DNA of 64,000 bases from Ranitomeya imitator (GCF_032444005.1 NC_091282.1:72354001-72418000), one strand, 5' to 3'. Shown: positions 1 through 13,730, counted from the stretch's first letter. Made by a program: numbers and translations. Notes: a model not told the origin generated them from the letters alone.

Positions 1-23
1 TGAATACTTTGCAAGCCACTGTA
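1..23. mobile_element. Terminal inverted repeat end of a Tc1/mariner element extending left of the window
   Basis: tgaatactttgcaagccactg followed by TA resembles a typical Tc1 TIR end (...cactg|TA). The partner end is not in the window. Confidence 0.45.
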
Positions 24-617
24 TATTCCAAGTGCTACATTCCGCACCATTGAACTTATTTTTTTATATCTTGAGATTCACGCATGACTGTCGGCAATAC
101 TTAGAAAGTGGTTTGTGCTAATTGTATGTCTGATTAATAAAGGTCCAGCCCAGGTCCCGGACCAGGGCAGCGATTAATCTGTCGTTCTACAGCCATGATT
201 TCATTGCTTATTCTTGGTTTGCAAGCAGTTTACCTAGTTTGTGCCGGCGAGCACCTCTTGTGCAACATCTTACCACATGACAGTGACCTTCATCGTTTGG
301 TGGCTTTTGCACTTTATTGGGTAATGCACATTGTGTGTAGTTGCCAGCCAAACATTCGTGTTCAAAGTTATTGCCAAGAATTCATATAATTAATAACCAA
401 TAGATAAAAAGGAATAAAAGATTACAGAAATGAATACTACAATACTTCTGCTAAAAACACCATACTACATATCCAGCAATGTAGTAACCTCTATAACAAT
501 ACTACCTCTGTATGAGGAATACAAAATCTTAATATAGTGCCGATAGTGGTGCTCGGCTAATTGCCCAAACCACTCATCGCAATAGCTGTGGATATACTCC
601 CACCAGATTGTAGACAA

Positions 618-799
618 GCAAGAGAGAACAGAGTAATACATCCACCATGGAGTAAATTTATCACAAAATTTCATTATAAATAAAACAAAACAAAAAAAGC
701 ACTTACATATTAATGGCATAATTGTCAAGTGACAGAATTATAGCAAGGGAAACCAGGCGCAGCAAAGGTACAAACTCCACTAAAACAGTGCAAGAGGTA
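618..799 (+). repeat. Left arm of ~180-bp inverted repeat flanking the 244-bp array
   Basis: gcaagagagaacagagtaatacatccaccatggagtaaatttatcacaaaa...actaaaacagtgcaagaggta is the reverse complement of 1900-2075, with scattered mismatches. Confidence 0.9.
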
Positions 800-957
800 C
801 TATGCTGACGTGACCACACTGGGTTTTGGATCCATCATTGCACTGTCACTTTATTTTGATATGGATGGAGGTATTTGTCCAAAACTTAACATTAGGCCAC
901 AACCTAGTCACATAATATTAATCCTCTTACCCATGGCTGTAAGGAGTGCCGCACACG

Positions 958-1002
958 CCACCCCGACGCGCGTTTTGCGTGGGCTTCTTCCAGGGCTAGT
1001 GT
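958..1002 (-). ncRNA. Minimal type-I hammerhead ribozyme-like motif, unit 1 (G12A, extra G in core; probably inactive)
   Basis: Minus strand reads CC-CUGGAAGA-A-GC-CCAC-GC-AAAAC-GCGC-GUC-GG. The conserved GAAA is mutated to AAAA. Confidence 0.45.
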
Positions 1003-1201
1003 TCAGTTTTGGACAAATATCTCACTTGATGATACACTGTATCTATGCTGACCTGACCACACTGGGTTTTTAGATCCATCATTGCACTGTCACTTTATTT
1101 TGATATGGATGGAGGTATTTGTCCAAAACTGAACATTAGGCCACAACCTAGTCACATAATATTAATCCTCTTACCCATGGCTGTAAGGAGTGCCGCACAC
1201 G

Positions 1202-1246
1202 CCACCCCGACGCGCGTTTTGCGTGGGCTTCTTCCAGGGCTAGTGT
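1202..1246 (-). ncRNA. Minimal hammerhead-like motif, unit 2 (G12A, extra G in core)
   Basis: Same motif sequence as unit 1. Confidence 0.45.
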
Positions 1247-1445
1247 TCAGTTTTGGACAAATATCTCACTTGATGATACACTGTATCTATGCTGACCTGA
1301 CCACACTGGGTTTTTAGATCCATCATTGCACTGTCACTTTATTTTGATATGGATGGAGGTATTTGTCCAAAACTGAACATTAGGCCACAACCTAGTCACA
1401 TAATATTAATCCTCTTACCCATGGCTGTAAGGAGTGCCGCACACG

Positions 1446-1490
1446 CCACTCCGACGCGCGTTTCGCGTGGGCTTCTTCCAGGGCTAGTGT
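1446..1490 (-). ncRNA. Minimal type-I hammerhead ribozyme-like motif, unit 3
   Basis: Minus strand reads ACACUAGCC-CUGGAAGA-A-GC(CCAC)GC-GAAAC(GCGC)GUC-GGAGUGG. It has the GAAA box, a GUC cleavage triplet (predicted cut 1453/1452), a 2-bp stem II, a palindromic stem III (ACGCGCGU) and stem I CC/GG + CACU/AGUG. The core has one extra G versus CUGANGA. Confidence 0.6.
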
Positions 1491-1689
1491 TCAGTTTTGG
1501 ACAAATATCTCACTTGATGATACACTGTATCTATGCTGACCTGACCACACTGGGTTTTTAGATCCATCATTGCACTGTCACTTTATTTTGATATGGATGG
1601 AGGTATTTGTCCAAAACTGAACATTAGGCCACAACCTAGTCACATAATATTAATCCTCTTACCCATGGCTGTAAGGATTGCCGCACACG

Positions 1690-1734
1690 CCACTCCGACG
1701 CGCGTTTCGCGTGGGCTTCTTCCAGGGCTAATGT
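1690..1734 (-). ncRNA. Minimal type-I hammerhead ribozyme-like motif, unit 4
   Basis: Same core as unit 3, with intact GAAA and GUC. Confidence 0.6.
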
Positions 1735-1899
1735 TCAGTTTTGGACAAATACCTCACTTGATGATACACTGTATCTATGCTGACCTGACCACACTGGGTT
1801 TTTGGATCCATCATTGCACTGTCACTTTATTTTGATATGGATTGGACCCATTACTGCATTGTCACTTTATAGTGATATGTATGGAAACAAAAATATCCT

Positions 1900-2075
1900 T
1901 ACCTCTTGCACTGTTTTAGTGGTGTTGTACTTTTGCTGCACCTGTTTTCTCTTGCTATAATTCTGTCACTTGGCAATTATGCCATTAATATGTAAGCGCC
2001 TTTTTTGTTGTAATTATAATTCTATTTTGTGATAAATTTACTCCATGGTGGATGTATTACTCTATTCTCTCTTGC
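1900..2075 (-). repeat. Right arm of ~180-bp inverted repeat flanking the 244-bp array
   Basis: tacctcttgcactgttttagtgg...gatgtattactctattctctcttgc is the reverse complement of 618-799. Confidence 0.9.
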
Positions 2076-2156
2076 ATAGCTTCTGTATAATAAGTCCTGA
2101 AGGACAATGAATAGAATTCTCACCATACGCCATGCCAATGAACCATGTCACACACA

Positions 2157-2245
2157 GTGCCCTGGCCTATGTTTCGTGTAATGCTTCATCAGGGGGTCCC
2201 CTCATTCAGGGCTGACTAAGCAATATGCGAAACATGTCAGGGTAC
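2157..2245. ncRNA. Head-to-head pair of degenerate minimal hammerhead motifs
   Basis: The minus strand at 2195-2157 reads CUGAUGA-AGCAUUACAC-GAAAC-AUAGGC-CAGGGCAC. The plus strand at 2208-2245 reads CUGACUA-AGCAAUAUGC-GAAAC-AU-GUC-AGGGUAC. The two arms are diverged reverse complements. Confidence 0.5.
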
Positions 2246-3059
2246 TAGGCAGTGGGTATTATAAAGTCCTTATAACCAAGAATCTGTAATAGAAGCATTG
2301 TAATCATTATCTGTGTAGTCTTTTCTACCTTTTACTCACCTAGTCACTGTTGTATTTGCATTGATAGGTTTTGTATTATGCTATTGTTGGACCCCTATAA
2401 TGTGACCACACTGCCTTAATGTGTTTTTTGATGTGGCGATTTTAAATTTTTGTGGGCAGCTCTTCAGTATGAATTATTTTATGTTAACACAGTTGTAAAT
2501 TCTTTATAATCATGTTAATATTTAAAACAATTTTTCAGTCATAAAAACATTGTAGACATAACAGAAATTTCTATGTCTTGCAACCAGAGGCGGACACCAC
2601 GCAGAGGGCCTCTTGCTGCTAAATTGCACAATTCTACGGTTGTGGCCACTTGTGGTTTTCACATTGTGGCCATGATCCAATATACCAATTGGTCTGGTTA
2701 TAACTAGGAGACAGGATGAAGAGATTTTCACCCTCCTTTCCTATGCTTTCAGTTAATATAAGCAATAGTTTGCAATACCTATATACTGAATGATAGTTTA
2801 AATTACTGGTTATCATTAGGTACAGTGTAGGGTTTTCTAGGGCTGATTAGGGACAGCTACTGTGGAGCGGGGGCGCCATTTCTCAATTTTATCTAGGGTG
2901 CCAACCTCAAGCTGTCAGGTAGTTTTAAGGATAGGGATGCATTAGTATCTCAATAGGGATCAGCTTTAATTTGTATACGTTTTGTGTTCTTTTATTAAAT
3001 ATCAAATAAAGTAATTGTTTTTAGGGTTTTTTTCTGTTACAGCCCCGTCCTATTAGCTG

Positions 3060-3960
3060 CAACACAACCCAAAGCATGATAGATCCACCCCCATATTTAA
3101 TGGTTGGCGAGAGGTTCTTTTCCTGAAATTCTGTGCCCGTTTTCTCCACATATACCTTTGATCAATGTGGTCAAAGAGTTCTATTTTAACCTCATTGGTC
3201 CACAGGGCTTGCTTCCAAAATGCATCAGGTTTGTTTATATGTTCTTTTGCACACTATGGATGCTGAATTTTATGGTAAGGATGCAGGAGAGGTTTTCTTC
3301 CGATGACTGGTGTCTTTGAACAGTAGAACAATGTGACACACAACTCCAGAGTCTGATAAATCTTCCTGAAAGTCTTTTGCAGTCAACTGCGGGTTGCCTT
3401 TCTAGCAATCCTACGAGCAGATCTCACTGAAATTTTGCTTGGTTTTCCAGACCTTATCTTGATCTCCACTGTTCCTATTAGCTGCCATTTCTTAATTACA
3501 TTTTGAATGGAGGAAAGGGAAAACGCTTTGCTATCTTTTTATAGCCTTCTTCTTTGTGGGCCTCCACCATTTTTATTTTCAGAGTGCTAGGCACCTACTT
3601 AGAAGAATTCATGGCTGCTCTTTTTTTGCGTAAGGTTAAAGGAGTCTGAGTTTTTATAAAGCTGGGAAATTTGCATCACCTGGCCTTTCCTAATGATGGT
3701 GAACAAGCCATAACTAACAAGCAAATTGAGGTCTGAAACCTTGTCAAATTATCTGAGTACACAAATCTCCAAGGGTGGCCAAACTTTTGCTCATTTTCCT
3801 TTTTGTAATTTTTAAAATGTAAAAAAATGACATTTTTTGTTTGCCTAAAATACAAAGGAAATGTGTCTTTTAGGCTTTTAGAGATCATTTCATCTTCAAC
3901 TTAACTGTTCACAATAACAGTAGTTTTGACCAGTGGTACCAAAACTTTTACATGCCACTG
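3060..3960 (-). mobile_element. Degraded Tc1/mariner element (5' TIR plus N-terminal transposase remnant)
   Basis: TIR end ...aaaacttttacatgccactg|TA at 3960. The minus strand shows decayed Tc1 HTH-like coding (NVIKKWQLIGTVEIKIRSGKP). The left boundary is approximate. Confidence 0.7.
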
Positions 3961-4249
3961 TACATACAAGGATGGAGGGTGCATTTATTTATATATTAAT
4001 GACGGGGGGACTGTCCAAATCTTGAACAGAGGTCCATGAGACTCTAGTTACACCACTGCCAATATACCTTAGATTAGACATAAAGGAGGGCCCCATATAT
4101 GTTTGTTAAAATTGTTAGGTAGTGGGACTTGTAGATTCATAAAGCCTATGCACTAAACACAAGAAAATAAAAACATTTACTCCTGGGGGTATACATGTAA
4201 GAGAATTGTAGAGGTAGGCCTCATACACATCCTGTGAAAATTATGAAGG

Positions 4250-6600
4250 AGGGCTGCATGATGGAACATTTGAATTGGCTTTATGTTCCACTGATGCAAT
4301 CCGGAGGGGTTGAGAAGTCTGGGCAAATCCAGGCCTTGTTTATTTTGATAAGCGCCTGTCAGCATTTTCAGTTGACAGGTGGATGCACCTATCAGTTATG
4401 CCACCTGCGGCCCTAAAAATCCCCTTTGACAAAACACTAGAGGCAGGACAGGCCAGCACCTCCAAGGCATAAAGGGCAGTCCAGCTTGTATACCCAATAG
4501 TTGTACGGTGCAGAAGTATCATGGAGGACGCTGATACGGTCTGCTAGAAACTCCTTCACCATCTTCCAAAACTTTTCCCTCCTTGTCAGACCACACCACA
4601 ATCAGGGTCTGGAGGGTTTAATGAAACAGTCCCAGACCTTTGATAGTGTTCCTCTTGCTCTGTTGGATTTGGTGTGTGTCTCCCTCGTCTCTCCTCCCTA
4701 GTTGCCCAAGGATCTATTACCTCTGCTGCCAGCATTATCACATGGGAATTTTTGTACTAATTGTTCTATTACGGTCTTCTGGTACTGCACAATTTTACTA
4801 GCCCTCTCCACCACAGAAGGAGAGATGAAAAAAATTTCCTTGCAGCATCGGTCAAGAAGGATGAACAACCAGTAACTGTTAGCCAAAATCCATATAATGT
4901 GAGGGTCATAGGAAAGGCAGCAGAACATAGTCAGTCATGTGTGCGACACTCCCAACAAACAAGATTTCCCTGTCCTCACTCACCAGGACGACTCTCCATC
5001 TCCTCCTCTTCAGCCCATCCATGATGAACAGATGGGATGAAGCTGGTGTGGTTAGTACCCTCTGTAGAGCAGGCAACCATCTCCAGTTAATCCTCCTCAT
5101 TATCACCCAATCCGAGCTGAGAAGAGGAGATGCGGCTGGGCTTAGTATCACTGTGTACTTTCTTCCTCCTTCTTGACATCCAAAGCTTCCTCTTTGTGAG
5201 CAGCGAGAATTTGAGTAGACACTGAAGCGGGATGGTTACACGGATTATGGCGTCATCGCTGCTAAGCAACTTGGTTGACTCCTCAAAGTTTTATAGAACC
5301 TCACAAATAAAAGACATCCATGCCCACTAGTCGATTATGTGCAGAAGCTGACTAATACCGACAGGCATGTTGTAGCTCATATTCAACTACTGCCCTCTGC
5401 TGCTCACAAAGCCTTGCTAGAATGTGTGATGTGGAGTTCCAGTGCGTGGTCCCCACATCTGCATAGGTGATGTAATGGGACACGTGCTGATGTAAGGCGG
5501 GGACGGCGCACCAGAAAAATAGTGGTGGCAACTTTTAAAGGGCAAGCATTCTGGAAATGTGCCCATTTACTGATTAGGCCTGGGGGTGGGTGGCTGAGTA
5601 TTTCCATTTGCATTCCAAGGCCTGAAACAGGAACAGCTGAACACTGTCCTGGGACAAAGAATTGCACATGGTTGATTATGGTGCTTGCCAATGTTAACAG
5701 GTGCAGGACGGGTAGCATCTGCACTTTTGTCCTGGACATGAGATTGGCAAGCAATTGTGGACCCAGGAGTATGGTCCACCTAGTCGAGTGCTTTGATGAC
5801 ATGTGCCTGAATGAGTATGCTGGTGGTGGTCTGGCCCTTACTGATCTTGGTATGGCACAGGTTGCCAATGGCCTTTTGTTTATCATCTGCACTCTAAAAG
5901 TGTCAGACAGGGGAACACCTAACCAATCGCCTGGGAACTTGTAATGCATGGGTACTCTGGGAAACTACCGCCTTCTCCCTCTGACCACCCTACTGCCTCT
6001 CTCTTCCTGTTTCGGTGCTGCAGATCCTCCCCTTTGCACTGCTCTTCTTGCTTTGCATGGCACCTTCAAAGGTTGGGTCAGTGATTTCATCGTCCACATC
6101 TTCCACTTCCGCACACAGGTCCTCCTGACTTGTTGACTTAACAACATCACTTGTTGGCAACTGTGTCTCATAATCATCTAGCTCTTGTTCCGACCGGGGC
6201 TGCTCAAATACTTGGGCATCACTACACACGATCTCCTAATGTTCCTCTTGAAACAGGCAGGATGAGGGGCCAGAATCAATAAATGGTGTCCGAGTGTGGG
6301 ATCACTTGTCTCCTGGGACTTGCCATGGTGGAATGAAGGAGGATCAGGGTGAGGATTATGTGGTCCAAACTCTTGGCTAGTGAAAATGCATGATATGGAA
6401 GACAGGTTGGTATTGGAAAACATACTGGAAGCAATACCTACCATCGAAATGATCACCTGTTGGTACTGTTCCAGCTTCAAAAGCGGTGTCCCGCATCCCC
6501 CTTGCAAAGTGGGATAGAAAGCTAGGTCTTGTGGAAAGGTGTTTGATGTGTTCCCGCAATAGGTACAGTTTCACCTCGCCCTAAATTAGGTATATAATGT
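4250..6600 (-). pseudogene. Fragmented hAT-superfamily transposase (BED finger, catalytic region, dimerization domain)
   Basis: Minus-strand fragments include BED-like ...RHMSSKHSTRW (~5780-5900), T.WNST.HILARLCEQQRAV (~5380-5460) and the hATC motif ALYALEVLACPASSVLS...AAGGITDRCIHLSTENADR (4340-4480). There are many stops and frameshifts. Boundaries are approximate. Confidence 0.8.
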
Positions 6601-7674
6601 CTGACTTCAAAATTTCCATATTAATAGTGAAAAAAAATTGTGCAGCAGCAGTATACAAGTACTGCAATAGAAATATTAAACCCTGCCTATATACCTCTAG
6701 TCCAAAACTATCCCTCCTCTACGAGCTATGCCTACCCTAAATGCAGGTAATAGCGGTTTTACTAGAGAAAGGACAGTATGTAGCCCTGAAAATGACTTTT
6801 CTTTTAATGGTGCAGCAGCGGTATACATGTACTGCCAAGGCAATGTTAAACACTGCCTATATGCCTGCTCTAAAATACACTCTCCCTCCTATAACAACTC
6901 TACCTGAACAGCTTCCAGAGGACTGTGCCGACTATTGCAGGACCCGTTGAAGTGCCGTGGGCACGAAACGGCCGTCGTCCTTCCTTGTTCACATGCCTCC
7001 CTGCTGTCTTTTTATATATGTCCAAATAAAGTGGTGACTATTTTACCTAGGTAAGTGTGCTCCATTCCTTTTCATTTTTTCTACGAACATTGCGCACTTT
7101 TTTTTTGGATGCAGCACCCTATTGGTTTGAATAAAGGATATTATTGGCAATAGCACAAAAGGTTGGATTTTCCCAAGGGCCAGTTGATCGCAGCGGTGCG
7201 GGGGTGCATCTTTTTTGGTATATGCAAAATACAGGGTGCCCTGGGAAATTCGATAAAATATGGGACTTCTGGAACTTAACACCTGTCACAATCTAACAAG
7301 TGCCTAAGAATATCGACGTGGAGGGGGTGCCCAAACCATATTTACAGGTGTGTCGGATTTTCCATCAGAAATGCTAATTTTTAGTTATTGTTATGTAAAT
7401 AGTTATTGGGTATCGGTCTAGTTTCGAGGTCGATGTTATATGCAATCCAGTAGATGTATACTGAGATAAGTTAGAATGTGTGGTTAGATGTATGTGAAAT
7501 ATATAACCACAGTGTAACATTGCTGGAGACATGGGAATGAACACTACTAATTCATAAATTGTTCTAATTTTGTAAACCAGTGTAATAAAGTGTACTCCTG
7601 TTTATGGACATCGGAAATGTGTTTGTTCTTATGTATATTTTCAATAAACAAAGTAAAAAAAATAAATAATGCTT

Positions 7675-8463
7675 TCACAAGAAGGAATCAATATCACCAT
7701 TACACACTGAACGGGAAACCACTGGGTAAATCTGACAGGGAGAAGGACTTGGGGATCCTAGTTAATGATAAACTTACCTGGAGCAGCCAGTGCCAGGCAG
7801 CAACTGCCAAGGCAAACAGGATCATGGGGTGCATTAAAAGAGGTCTGGATACACATGATGAGAGCATTATACTGCCTCTGTACAAATCCCTAGTTAGACC
7901 GCACATGGAGTACTGTGTCCAGTTTTGGGCACCGGTGCTCAGGAAGGATATAATGGAACTAGAGAGAGTACAAATGAGGGCAACAAAATTAATAAAGGGG
8001 ATGGGAGAACTGCAATACCCAGATAGATTAGCGAAATTAGGATTATTTAGTCTAGAAAAAAGACGACTGAGGGGCGATCTAATAACCATGTATAAGTATA
8101 TAAGGGGACAATACAAATATCTCGCTGAGGATCTGTTTATACCAAGGAAGGTGACGGGCACAAGGGGGCATTCTTTGCGTCTGGAGGAGAGAAGGTTTTT
8201 CCACCAACATAGAAGAGGATTCTTTACTGTTAGGGCAGTGAGAATCTGGAATTGCTTGCCTGAGGAGGTGGTGATGGCGAACTCAGTCGAGGGGTTCAAG
8301 AGAGGCCTGGATGTCTTCCTGGAGCAGAACAATATTGTATCATACAATTATTAGGTTCTGTAGAAGGACGTAGATCTGGGTATTTATTATGATGGAATAT
8401 AGGCTGAACTGGATGGACAAATGTCTTTTTTCGGCCTTACTAACTATGTTACTATGTTACATA
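7675..8463 (+). mobile_element. 5'-truncated CR1-clade LINE (RT C-terminus, 3' UTR, microsatellite tail)
   Basis: The ORF portion EKDLGILV...KANRIMGCIKR...LYKSLVRPHMEYCVQFW...LEKRRLRGDLI...FFTVRAVRIWN is typical of the CR1 ORF2 C-terminus. A (ctatgtta)n tail lies at 8443-8463. Confidence 0.93.
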
Positions 8464-10446
8464 GGCATTTGTCATTTTTGGGTTTATCATCATCTCAACT
8501 AAAAAATTGCTGAGTTTGTGAAAAGTGACTTAAACAAGTATCCGGATGTGGCAGGTGAACCATGAAAAAGATCAGCCTAATCCAATTTCTGAAAGAATAT
8601 TTAAGATCTGCTCTGAAGAGCTGCATAAATGAAAAAAAACCCTCAATATTTTGTAGTGTAAAGTAAAAATAATAATTTAAGACACCAGTCACATGAAGGT
8701 TCAGAGGAGCGCATGAAAAAAAGGGGCTAATTTTAATTTGCATGGTCATCAGCATTTCACCCCTGCGTCATTCTTACGTCTGTATGAAATCCATGCAACA
8801 TCCATTTTTATACATCAGCAGGTAAGAAAATAATTTCAAGACCGAATCTATTTCCCTATGTTAATGATAGAAACTGTAGAAGTAAAAATCAGTTGCAATG
8901 CGGAAAAACATGGGATCAGATTTCTTTTGCGCACCAATAGACATGTTGAGCGAGTATCATCCAATACGCGGAAAATTATAGTCCATGCTGATATTTTTCC
9001 CACACGGACACTTAGGTCTGTGAAAAAAATTTTTATTTTTTTTTTAAAAACAACCCCATAGAGTTACATTGTTCCGAGTGCTGTCTGTTTGGTATCCAAT
9101 TTTGACAAGGACACCGCATCTACCATATAATTGTCTAAGGGGTACTTCCGTCTGTCCTTCTGTCACGGATATTCATTGGTCGTGGCCTCTATCATGGAAA
9201 TCCAAGTCGCTGATTGGTCGCCGCAAAACAGCCACGACCAATCAGCGACGGGCACAGTCCGGAAGAAAATGGCCACTCCTTACTCCCCGCAGTCAGTGGC
9301 CGGTGCCCGCTCCATACTCCCAGCTCCCCGCAGTGTCCCCGGCGCCCGCTCCATACTCCCAGCTCCCTGAAGTGTCCCCGGCGCCCGCTCCATACTCCCC
9401 GCAGTGTCCCCGGTGCTCCGCTATATACCCCCCGCAGTGTCCCCGGCGCTCCGCTCCATACTCCCCGCAGTCAGTGTCCCCGGCGCTCCGCTCCATGCTC
9501 CCCGCAGTCACTGTCCCCGGCGCTCTGCTCCATACTCTCCGCAGTCAGTGTCCGCTCCATACTCCCCGCAGTCACTGTCCCCAGCGTTCTGCTCCATACT
9601 CTCCGCAGTCAGTGTCCGCGGCGCTCCGGTCCATACTCCCCGCTCCATGCTTCCTGCAGTCACTGTCCCCGGCTCCATACTCCCCTCCGGTTACCGCTAA
9701 CACAGGGTTAATAGCGGCGGTAACGGACCGCGTTATGCCACGGGTAACGCACTCCGTTACCGCCGCTATTAACCCTGTGTGTCCCCAACCTTTTACTATT
9801 GATGCTGCCTATGCGGCATCAATAGTAAAAAAAAAAAGTAATGTTAAAAAAACCCAAAACCTGCTATACTCACCCTCCGTTGTCCGCTGAGGCGCTCGCC
9901 GCCATCTTCCTTTCCCAGCGATGCATTGCGAAATTACCCAGAAGACCTAGCGGTCTCGCGAGACCGCTAAGTCATCTGGGTAATTTCGCAATGCATCCTG
10001 GGAACGCAAGATGGCGGCAGCCGTGCGCCCATCGGCACAGAGCCGTTGGATCCCAGGAGGCCGAGAGACGGGACGCTGAGGAGCAGCGACCAGAATGGTG
10101 AGTATGTTAACCTACAAGGGGCCCTCGGATCGTTAGGTGAGTATGTTTATTTTTTAACCTGTGACATACGTGGCTGGGCAATATACGTCGCTGTGCAATA
10201 TACTACGTGGCTCTGTGCTGTATACTACGTCACTGGGCAATATACTACGTGGCTGGGCAATATACTACATGGCTCTGTGCTGTATACTACGTCACTGGGC
10301 AATATACTACGTGGGTGGACAATATACTACGTGGCTGGGCAATATACTACGTGGCTGGGCAATATTCTACGTGGCTGGGCAATATTCTACGTGGCTGGGC
10401 AATATTCTACGTGGCTAGGCAATATACTATGTGGCTGGGCAATATA

Positions 10447-12036
<1,590 letters not shown>

Positions 12037-13198
12037 TACTACGTGGCTGGGCAATATACTACGTGACTGGGCAATATACTACGTGGCTGGCCAATATACT
12101 ACGTGTCTGGGCAATATACTACGTGGCTGGGCAATGTACTACGTGGACGGGCAATATACTACGTGGACATGCATATACTAGAATACCCGATGCGTTAGAA
12201 TCGGGCCACCATCTAGTGTATGTATAATGCCCTTGTGTGAACGAGCCCTGGGTGGCCGTATTATACGGTCTGTATACGGACGACCCTCGCACACTTTACA
12301 TATTGTGGTCTGCATTTTGCATTATTACTTCTAAGACAATACCAGTATTGTGCCCAAATATACATAAAAGGGGCAAATCCTCCGTTTACCACTTTTCTGT
12401 TTCGTTTACACATCACAGCTTACAAACTCTACTGCAAAATACCGGCAGATTCAAACAAGTGTGAACGAGGTCATAAAAGGATCTGTACCTGCTTTCCCTT
12501 CTGACCCCATGACAGATGGAGACACCAGATCCCTGATGCGCATGCTTCCAAGTACTTTACTTGCCAGTAAGGGTTAAATCCTTTTAAACTACATCGCAAG
12601 CAGCGCCATCATTATCAGTGCAAGTACTGATTGATTTGCAAAAAACCCTAAAAAAAAAACTTTTTTGCTCCACCACATGTGGTAGAGGACCCCAAGATTG
12701 GAAGCTTTATCACTTTTTTAGGCCACAGTCCAAGCCCGGATTTTTGCAGCTTCTACCTGATCAGTTTCTCAGGCCGCACTGCTCTTTTTAAGAGCCAGGA
12801 ACAAAAATAAGGATTATTTGATCAGTTTTGCTAAGTTTAGTTGAGGCATAGCCAGCTGAACACTCACCGTTCTGCAGCCGCGGAGAATGCTATATTCAGC
12901 ACTGCTCTACAAAATCTCCTTCCTGGGGCCAAAGAACAGGGAGAGGCGAAGCCCGGCCCCTCTATCATTGCCAACTATTCACAGCTCCAGAGGCAAACAC
13001 GGGATATGTAATCTGCAGAGTAAAGGTCTCTGAAAGTGCGAAATCCTCAGTAGTTTTCCTGTCACCATGCAATGGTGCTGCTGTATCTAAGTCTAAAGTG
13101 AGATACTACCTGCTAATCTGATGCATCTAATCCTACCATGTGATTAACTGCAGTCTGGGTATCTGACCGTTTTTGTTTTGCTTTCACACTGTGGCACT

Positions 13199-13583
13199 GT
13201 GTGCACACGTTGTGAATTTTGAAGCGTTTCCGCAGAGTTTTTGGATGCGAGAAATTGCATCAAATCTGCCGTGTAGTACAGTAACAATGATAGTCAATGG
13301 GAATTTGAGAATTGCTTTGCACATGCTGTGGAAAAATCAGTGCAGATTCGCTGCATTTATTTTCCGCAGCATTTCTGCACCCATTGACTAAGGCACCCAT
13401 TGAGTAAGGCAAATCCGCACATCAAAAAAATGCATGACAATCTGCAACAAATCGGCAAGTAATCCGCAAGAAACCTGCATCAATTCCGCATTAAATCCGC
13501 AAGCATTTTGGCCTGCGTTTTCTGCCAAGAGATGCAGATTCTGTGCGGAAGATTCAGCAGGCCAATCCGCAACGTGTGCGCAT
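13199..13583. mobile_element. Palindromic MITE (tgtgcacacgttg...caacgtgtgcgca)
   Basis: Inverted termini and internal aatccgca repeats. Same family as 51806-52176 and 22510-22911. Confidence 0.6.
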
Positions 13584-13730
13584 ACCCTTACATCAGAGCA
13601 GATACACCCCAGGTGTCTGCAGACATCTTAATCCAAACCATAAGTTGCTCTCATGTGCCGTTACCTGATGAAGTCAAGGGTAATTCGCAAAAGCATCCAA
13701 ATCAGTTCTCCCCATAGACAAGGTGGGAGA

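Larger units (their letters stand above)
801..1885. repeat. Tandem array of a 244-bp unit (4 full copies plus a partial)
   Basis: Unit starts (tatgctgac) at 801, 1044, 1288, 1532 and 1776. Copies are near-identical, and the repeated ORFs at 1105/1349/1593 reflect the 244-bp period. Confidence 0.97.

Noticed and set aside
810-1835. Repeated 70-87 aa ORFs (MDGGICPKLNIRPQ...)
   Set aside because: They are by-products of the 244-bp repeat. There is no recognisable domain, and the informative signal is the RNA motif on the opposite strand.
2522-2816. Possible Penelope RT/GIY-YIG linker remnant on the minus strand
   Set aside because: Only a faint resemblance (ENLFILSPSY...GSWPQC), too weak to call without a profile search.
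7590-7675. N-terminal extension of the 254-aa ORF
   Set aside because: It lies in an A-rich tail of another element upstream of the CR1 truncation point, so the ORF is not a standalone gene.
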